57,298 nucleotides of DNA from a bacterium (lineage in GTDB: Bacteria; Hinthialibacterota; Hinthialibacteria; Hinthialibacterales; JAKPRU01): positions 16,338 to 73,635 of the forward strand of contig DAOMHQ010000001.1 in assembly GCA_035430965.1 (NCBI GenBank), in the 5' to 3' direction. Positions 51,141 to 57,298 of the stretch are shown piece by piece; the first letter of the stretch is position 1, and every line of letters starts with the position of its first letter. The translations under genes and the position numbers were made by a program. The notes under the pieces were generated by a model. It was given only the letters and a program-made list of their open reading frames with translations, searched no databases and was not told where the DNA came from.

Positions 51141-52823
51141 TCACTTGGCCTGCGAAAGGCGCTCGCTGACCCCCTCTTTAATCGCAGAGAGAATCTCACG
51201 GGCGACCGGTTCGCATTCCGAAGCGTCGATCACCAATCCGTCCTCGATATGACTCAAGGAAATATGCTGGTTGGTTTTCTCATTTATGGCTTCATGGACG
51301 GTTTCACGGTCGGAGCTGAGGATGGAAAATCCGCGTTTGTGGGCCAATTTCAGAAACTCCACGACGATGAAGTTTCTTAGAGAGGTAGAGATGTCGCTGA
51401 TCGTAATGGCCTTGGCGGTTTCCGCATGAGCGGTTTGCCTGCTCAGTTTCTTTAAGATGGACGGTGTAGGGACGGTGGTCAGCAGAATCACAATAATGGC
51501 AACCGCCAGTTCCGCGGGATCGAAATTGCCGGTGGCATAGCCGATTCCGGCAACGATCAGGCCCACCTCGCCCCGGTTGTTCATCCCGATGCCGATCCGC
51601 AGGCTTTCATCATTGCTGAATCCTTCGAATTTTGCCGGAATACCGCAACCGCCCACTTTCCCGATGATTGCGATCACGGTCATGACCAGCCCCATCATGA
51701 GAACGCTGCTGGTGACTGCGCTAAGGTCCACGAGCATTCCCATCACCACAAAGAAGACCGGCGACAGCAATTCTTCGGGACGCTTCAGGAAATCCTCCAG
51801 TTGATGGCCCAAACGTGTCCCGGAAATGACCATACCGGCTGCCGCCGCGCCTACGATCATTGCCAACTGGAACTGCGATTCCGCAATCGCCGCGATCACC
51901 AGCGCCACACCGGTCAGAAGAACCGGCGCACTGGATCGTCCGAACTTCTTCATCATGAAGTCGGAAATATTGAATGAGATCATTTTACCGCCGATTACAA
52001 TCACTCCCAGAAAGATCAGGGCTTTTGCGCCGATAACCAGCAGATCGCTCATCGCGCCGCCTGTTGCGTAAGCCAGAACGCCGGACAGAACCAGAAGCCC
52101 GCCCACATCATCCACAATCCCCGCCACCAGAACCGCCAACCCTTCATCGGTATCCAGCATCCGCAACTCCGAATACACCTTGGCGGAGATTCCCACGCTG
52201 GTGGCGGTGAATACAGCGCCCATGAACAAGGCGGTCGCGATCTGCGGTTTGCCGATAGGGCCTTCCGTGAAGAACCACAGCATCGCCAGCGTTGCCCCGA
52301 CAAACGGCAGCACAATCCCGCCCAGCGCAATCCAGGTCGATTTCGCACCGACTCTTTTGACCTGCTCGAAATCCACTTCCACCCCCACCAGGAACAGCAG
52401 GATAATGGCCCCGATCCCGCCGAGTATCCACAACGGCTCTGTTACCACCAGCCCCGATGCGGGATCAACGGGAAAGATATGGTTCCAGATCGGAATGGAG
52501 TCGCTGCTGAACTTGCTGAGGTTCGTGATGAGGATCCCAACCAGAAGCGCGCCGATGACCGGCGGTTGCTCCACCGCCTCACAGAGCCGTCGCGCGATCA
52601 TCGCCAGGATGATGATGACTCCCAGCTGGAGGATAGTATGTGCGGCGACATGAACGAAATGCTGCATGGGGCTTTCGACCGCGACTTCGCCTCCATGGCC
52701 GCCTGCTTCCCCTTCCGGTGCCGCCAGGACCGGCATGGCCTGAACGATTCCCAACATCAGAATTCCCATTAGACATGCGGTTTTCCATTTCATGAGACAG
52801 GTTCCTTTCTGTTTACCGTCCAT
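51141..52823 (-). CDS. Cation:proton antiporter (CPA/Kef-type Na+/H+ exchanger family) with soluble C-terminal domain
   Basis: 560 aa. About 12 TM segments with an exchanger-like glycine-rich helix pattern. ~100-aa hydrophilic tail. Confidence 0.75.
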   Translation of the reverse strand: MDGKQKGTCLMKWKTACLMGILMLGIVQAMPVLAAPEGEAGGHGGEVAVESPMQHFVHVAAHTILQLGVIIILAMIARRLCEAVEQPPVIGALLVGILITNLSKFSSDSIPIWNHIFPVDPASGLVVTEPLWILGGIGAIILLFLVGVEVDFEQVKRVGAKSTWIALGGIVLPFVGATLAMLWFFTEGPIGKPQIATALFMGAVFTATSVGISAKVYSELRMLDTDEGLAVLVAGIVDDVGGLLVLSGVLAYATGGAMSDLLVIGAKALIFLGVIVIGGKMISFNISDFMMKKFGRSSAPVLLTGVALVIAAIAESQFQLAMIVGAAAAGMVISGTRLGHQLEDFLKRPEELLSPVFFVVMGMLVDLSAVTSSVLMMGLVMTVIAIIGKVGGCGIPAKFEGFSNDESLRIGIGMNNRGEVGLIVAGIGYATGNFDPAELAVAIIVILLTTVPTPSILKKLSRQTAHAETAKAITISDISTSLRNFIVVEFLKLAHKRGFSILSSDRETVHEAINEKTNQHISLSHIEDGLVIDASECEPVAREILSAIKEGVSERLSQAK

Positions 52824-52991
52824 GACGGATCTGATGTGTTGAAAGGCGATCTATTAGTTCGATGGGAGCCTCGCCTCCCATGAGATGAATTCCTGCCCTT
52901 TCCCCCCGGATTATTGGCGAAAACCGATTGTCTGGACTACGATACTACACAATCAGGCAAAAGCCAACTATTCGGACGAGGTTTGATCGAA

Positions 52992-54404
52992 ATGGAAAAA
53001 TCGTCAAAATCCCTGCTGCACCACGCCGGATTCGGGAATGGGACCGTTCCCGCGTGGATCACGGTAATTACGCTCCTGATGCTCAGCACTATTGGATACA
53101 CGGAGACAGCGATGTATAAGCCGAATTGGGAATCTCTCGACAGCCGCCCCATCCCACAGTGGTTCGATGACGCGAAGTTTGGGATCTTCGTGGTCTGGGG
53201 AGTCTATTCTGTTCCGTCCTGGGCGCCAAAAGGGGAGTATGCGGAATGGTATTGGGGGCATGCATTACGTAAGGACCATCCAACTCACGTATTTCACAAC
53301 AAGACCTACGGAGAGAAATTCCGATACCAGGACTTTGTTGAGGATTTCCGTGCGGAGCTGTTCGACCCGGAACAGTGGGCCGATTTGTTCGAGCGATCGG
53401 GGGCGAAATATGTGGTCATGACCGCGCAGTATCATGACGGTTTTTGTCTCTGGCCCAGCCCGTATGCCTGGAATTGGAACAGCGTGGATATCGGTCCCCA
53501 TCGCGACCTGATCGGGGATCTCACCGAACCCGTCCGAAAACGAAACATCAAGATGGGATATTACTACTCCGTTTATGAGTGGTTTCACCCGTTCTACCTG
53601 GCGGATGTAGACAAATACGTGGAAGAGCATTTTCATCCTCAATTCAAAGATCTGGTGACCCGTTACAAACCGGACATTCTCTTTATGGACGGGGAATGGG
53701 ATCACGACAGCGCCACCTGGAGAACACCGGAACTACTGGCCTGGCTGTACAACGAATCGCCTTGCCGGGAAGAAATCGTGGTCAATGACCGCTGGGGCAA
53801 AGAGACGCGCGGCGTCCACGGCGGCTACTACACCACGGAATATGGAATCGTCTACGGAAAGAAAAAACCGGGCGAGGAGTTCCGACAGCACAAGTGGGAA
53901 GAGAGCCGGGGAATGGGGTCTTCGTACGGCTATAATCGTAATGAGGACATTTTCGAGTACAAGTCTGCGACCGAGTTGATTCACCTGCTGGTCGATATTG
54001 TCAGCATGGGCGGGAATCTTTTGTTGGATATCGGCCCGACCGCCGACGGTCGCATTCCCGTGATTATGCAGGAGCGCATGATACAGATCGGGGAATGGCT
54101 TGGAGTCAACGGCGAGGCGATTTACGGAACCCGGCCCTGGCGTGAAAATGGAGAAGGGGACACGATTCGATATACGCGCAAGGAGGATGCCGTGTATGCG
54201 ATCTGCATGTCCTGGCCCGGCCCGGAACGGATTCTCCGTCTACCCAAAACCACACCGCAAACCCAGGTCTCCATGCTGGGGAAAGATGGTCTACTGAAAT
54301 GGCACGAAGATTCGGATGGCTTACACATAGCCATTCCACCGTTGTCGGTTGATGAAGTTCCCTGCCGACATGCGTATACTCTGAAACTGACGCATGTTGA
54401 GTGA
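52992..54404 (+). CDS. Alpha-L-fucosidase (GH29)
   Basis: ORF 52914 (TTG)..54404; ATG at 52992. PNWESLDSRPIPQWFDDAKFGIFVVWGVYSVPSWA..EWYW and KYVVMTAQYHDGFCLWPS are canonical GH29 motifs. Confidence 0.9.
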   Translation: MEKSSKSLLHHAGFGNGTVPAWITVITLLMLSTIGYTETAMYKPNWESLDSRPIPQWFDDAKFGIFVVWGVYSVPSWAPKGEYAEWYWGHALRKDHPTHVFHNKTYGEKFRYQDFVEDFRAELFDPEQWADLFERSGAKYVVMTAQYHDGFCLWPSPYAWNWNSVDIGPHRDLIGDLTEPVRKRNIKMGYYYSVYEWFHPFYLADVDKYVEEHFHPQFKDLVTRYKPDILFMDGEWDHDSATWRTPELLAWLYNESPCREEIVVNDRWGKETRGVHGGYYTTEYGIVYGKKKPGEEFRQHKWEESRGMGSSYGYNRNEDIFEYKSATELIHLLVDIVSMGGNLLLDIGPTADGRIPVIMQERMIQIGEWLGVNGEAIYGTRPWRENGEGDTIRYTRKEDAVYAICMSWPGPERILRLPKTTPQTQVSMLGKDGLLKWHEDSDGLHIAIPPLSVDEVPCRHAYTLKLTHVE

Positions 54405-54530
54405 GTTCGGTTATCCTGTCGGCATACCGTGACGGCGTTTGTGATTCCATGGTATTGTGACGACATTCTGTGTGTTTTCGTGGGGGTATTCGCACCCGCT
54501 CACGATGGCAACAATCGAAAGGAATCTGGA

Positions 54531-55919
54531 ATGAGGATCTTTTTCTTTGGCGCTGCCGGCGGAGTGACCGGCTCCAAGCACCTGCTTGAGGTCAATGGGA
54601 AACGCATTTTATTGGATTGCGGTTTCCATCAGGGACGTCGCGATGAGTCCAATGAGTTAAACCGGAACCTCCCATTCGCCCCCGAAAATGTCGATGTGAT
54701 GGTTCTCTCTCACGCCCATATCGACCATAGCGGCAATATCCCGCTCCTATGCCGGAGATACGACGGGAACATCATCGCGACTCTGGCAACGCGGGACCTC
54801 GCTTCCGTGATGCTGATGGACAGCGCGCACATCCAGGAAAAGGACTCCGAATTCTTTAACAAGAAGATCGCCCATCGACCGGAAGAGTTCATTTCCCCGA
54901 TTTATGACGCAGAGGATGTAGAGAAGGCTCTGCGTCAATTCATCGCGATCAACTACGACAGGCCGTTTTTGGTTTCGGACGGTGTAACGCTGACGTTTCG
55001 CGACGCCGGGCATGTATTGGGATCGGCGGTCGTGGTTCTGGATATCGACGAATCCGGGAAGAAACATCGGCTGGTGTTCAGCGGGGATGTGGGGCGAAGG
55101 AGACTGCCGATTTTGCGAGATCCAACCCTGATCGACGATGCGGACACAATGATCCTGGAAAGCACGTACGGGAACCGCAAGCATGATCCCATCGAGGTAG
55201 CCGATGAGAAACTGGCGGATGCTGTCAATACGGTATTTGCGCGCAAGAGCAAACTGATTATTCCGTCGTTTGCGCTGGAGCGTGCCCAGGAGATTCTGTA
55301 CAGTTTCCACAAGTTACTGAAATTAAAGCGAATTCCGCGTATGCCGGTATATCTGGACAGCCCGCTGACAATTAAGGTAACGGAGATATTCCGCCTTCAT
55401 CCGGAATGTTTTGATGAAGAACTGATCTCGTTGTTCGACAAGCGGGAAGACCCGTTCGATTTTCCCGACCTGGAATTGATTCGAAGTAAAGAAGACTCCC
55501 AGCAGTTGAACGACCAGTCGGGGCCGATGGTGATTATCTCGGCTTCCGGCATGTGCGAGGCGGGGCGGATTCTCCATCATTTGCGGAACAATATCGGCGA
55601 TCCGAAGAACATCATTCTGATTGTCGGATTTCAGGCAAAACATACGCTCGGCAGAAAGATAGTCGAGAAGGAACCGACCGTGCGAATTTTCGGTCTGGAA
55701 CATGATCTGGAAGCGGAAGTTCGAATCATCAACGCATACAGCGGTCATGCGGACAAGGACGGCCTGGACCGGTTTGCGATGGCGTCGAAGGAAACGATGG
55801 GGAATCTCTTTCTGGTCCACGGGGAGCCGGATCAGAGCGAAGCCATGGCCGCGCGTCTCGCATCGCGGGGCCTTTCGCAGATTCGTATTCCGCAACGCGG
55901 GGAATATTTCGATTTGTGA
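54531..55919 (+). CDS. MBL-fold beta-CASP family hydrolase (RNA-metabolising, CPSF/RNase J-like)
   Basis: ORF 54429..55919, trimmed to MRIFFFGAAGGVTGSKHLLEVNGKRILLDCG. HAHIDHSG motif 2. ESTYG. C-terminal ..SGHAD.. (beta-CASP motifs). Confidence 0.85.
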   Translation: MRIFFFGAAGGVTGSKHLLEVNGKRILLDCGFHQGRRDESNELNRNLPFAPENVDVMVLSHAHIDHSGNIPLLCRRYDGNIIATLATRDLASVMLMDSAHIQEKDSEFFNKKIAHRPEEFISPIYDAEDVEKALRQFIAINYDRPFLVSDGVTLTFRDAGHVLGSAVVVLDIDESGKKHRLVFSGDVGRRRLPILRDPTLIDDADTMILESTYGNRKHDPIEVADEKLADAVNTVFARKSKLIIPSFALERAQEILYSFHKLLKLKRIPRMPVYLDSPLTIKVTEIFRLHPECFDEELISLFDKREDPFDFPDLELIRSKEDSQQLNDQSGPMVIISASGMCEAGRILHHLRNNIGDPKNIILIVGFQAKHTLGRKIVEKEPTVRIFGLEHDLEAEVRIINAYSGHADKDGLDRFAMASKETMGNLFLVHGEPDQSEAMAARLASRGLSQIRIPQRGEYFDL

Positions 55920-56001
55920 GCGCAGGAATATTTCAGCAGTGGATGTAACAAATTCCGGCCAGCGGCGTTAATACAGAAAACGGTGACGGTTCCAGAGCCT
56001 T

Positions 56002-56646
56002 GTGCGAACGGGCGACGGGCGCGGAGGTTCCGTCTTGAACAGAGAAGCCGGGCAGAGATCGCTGTGGCTGACCGGGAACGAGGCGCAACTGGTAGAGGAA
56101 GCGCGAACGGACCCGGCGGCATTCGCTCAACTGTATGAACGCGGCTACGACCGGATCTATGGGTATCTTCTGCGCCGCTGCGGGAATGCATCGGTCGCAG
56201 AGGACCTGACATCCGAGACTTTTTTTCAAGCGGTCAGGGGCATCCGCCGATACCGCCCGTCGGGCCGCCCGTTTCTCTCGTGGCTGTACACGATTGCGCA
56301 CAATGTATTTGTCTCTCACTGCCGCAGCGAGCACCGTCGCTTTTGGCTGCTCCGGCGGGAAAGAGAGTTGCCGATTGCCGTGAGCGGCAATCCCTCGGAA
56401 CAGATCGACCGAAACCGTGCATACCAGGCTGTGGAGAGGCTGATTCGCCGTCTCAGGCCCCGCGATCAACTGATCCTGACATTGCGCTATTACGAAGACA
56501 TGAGCCTGGAGGACATCGCAGCCATTGTCGGCATGTCCCCAGGATCATTGCGCACGGGCTTGCATCGGGCGCTGATGCGCCTGAAGTCCCTGATCGAAGC
56601 CGAAACGCCCGACCTGATCGCGATCATTCATGAGGAAAAGTCATGA
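56002..56646 (+). CDS. ECF-type RNA polymerase sigma-70 factor
   Basis: Region 2 (FAQLYERGYDRIYGYLLRR..AEDLTSETF) and region 4 (LILTLRYYEDMSLEDIAAIVGMSPGSLRTGLHRA). GTG start uncertain. Confidence 0.85.
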   Translation: MRTGDGRGGSVLNREAGQRSLWLTGNEAQLVEEARTDPAAFAQLYERGYDRIYGYLLRRCGNASVAEDLTSETFFQAVRGIRRYRPSGRPFLSWLYTIAHNVFVSHCRSEHRRFWLLRRERELPIAVSGNPSEQIDRNRAYQAVERLIRRLRPRDQLILTLRYYEDMSLEDIAAIVGMSPGSLRTGLHRALMRLKSLIEAETPDLIAIIHEEKS

Positions 56647-57182
56647 GTCAGCAAGTAGATTTGGACAGATTGGAATCGTTTCTCCGGAAGGCCAAGGCGG
56701 AACCCGCGCTCAATGGGACGCACAAGGCGAACCTGTTGAATCAGCTGATGGGGGAATATCCAAAGCGAGAAATATCCTGGGGGGTCCTTTTCCCGGCGTG
56801 TTCGGCGGCGATTGCGCTGATTGTGGCGGTGTCAATCTTCTTCTGGCCCGAAAAGCCGACCCTTGGGAAATTGGAATGGGCAGGGGGGGCGAGGCGTGTG
56901 GAGACTCTCACGGCCCAGACACGAATCAAGACGGGAAGCGATACGGTTACAGCGTTACTTGATGACGGTTCCGAACTGAAATTGGAGCGGGGTACGGTGT
57001 TTCAAGTGCTTTCGTTGTCTACAACTCGGCTACAGAAAGACACGATTATTTCTCTGGAACGGGGAACACTGGATGCGAATGTGCGGAATGATCTACCGCA
57101 TCGGCTGATTGTTCGGACACCGGACGTGGAAGTGAAAGTAATCGGGACGAAATTCGTAGTTTGCGTAGAGGCTATGCCGTGA
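56643..57182 (+). CDS. Anti-sigma factor, single TM + FecR-like domain (short)
   Basis: ATGA overlap with the sigma gene. TM VLFPACSAAIALIVAVSIFFW. LLDDGSELKLERGTVF ... RTPDVEVKVIGTKFVV resembles the FecR domain. Confidence 0.65.
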   Translation: MSQQVDLDRLESFLRKAKAEPALNGTHKANLLNQLMGEYPKREISWGVLFPACSAAIALIVAVSIFFWPEKPTLGKLEWAGGARRVETLTAQTRIKTGSDTVTALLDDGSELKLERGTVFQVLSLSTTRLQKDTIISLERGTLDANVRNDLPHRLIVRTPDVEVKVIGTKFVVCVEAMP

Positions 57183-57218
57183 CTGGCGCGGCGTGGGTCG
57201 ACGGTGCAACGTAGACAA

Positions 57219-57298
57219 CCCCCTCTGTGTCTCCCCCAAACTTTGGGGGAGAGGTCGTGGGTGTTTTCCTCCCCCGAAGATCGGGGGAGGTCAGGTGG
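57219..57298 (+). repeat. Two tandem variant hairpin/G-run repeats related to family A (window ends inside or just after)
   Basis: TCTCCCCCAAA-c-TTTGGGGGAGA + ggtcgtGGGtg, then CCTCCCCCGA-aga-TCGGGGGAGG + tcaGGtGG. Confidence 0.7.

Overview
GC-rich (by eye, not computed) 57.3-kb chromosomal window holding about 50 genes and one tRNA. No rRNA, CRISPR array, transposase or integrase was found. Gene content suggests a saccharolytic, probably anaerobic bacterium of the PVC-superphylum type; this taxonomic reading is inference only. Supporting genes are a TAT-signal Gfo/Idh/MocA oxidoreductase, a prepilin-type pseudopilin, an FGE-sulfatase/BNR fusion, GH29 and GH42-like hydrolases, GT-C glycosyltransferases and an ECF sigma/FecR pair.

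Recognisable blocks:
- iorA-iorB-paaK-ACT-paaK arylpyruvate/arylacetyl-CoA operon (5993-11361, minus strand).
- Sugar ABC transporter fragments without ATPases (143-1132; 16273-18304; 32156-33881).
- A CN-hydrolase/CE4 deacetylase/DegT aminotransferase cassette (24990-27800).
- tRNA-Pro(GGG) followed by a cold-shock gene.
- A dense islet of small toxin-antitoxin-like modules (40676-47069): DUF4258 pair, mazEF, four HicB-like genes across the window, higA, and a hicA missing from the ORF track. The islet also contains a visibly AT-richer cassette encoding a 72-aa ORF plus an SDH-family Clp-fold serine protease.

Least explained signals:
1. A very dense family of ~35-nt hairpin plus G-run repeats (at least 11 copies). 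Two copies sit in frame inside otherwise normal enzyme genes, and three co-oriented copies bracket consecutive TA cassettes.
2. A second ~59-nt repeat family whose two long copies differ by compensatory stem substitutions. One copy overlaps the 5' end of a coding region.
3. Three small uncharacterised two-gene modules: a minimal Pol-beta nucleotidyltransferase plus HTH, an AAA_5 ATPase plus TraB-like 600-aa partner, and the small ORF plus SDH protease.

All functional calls rest on motif recognition by eye; no database search was run.
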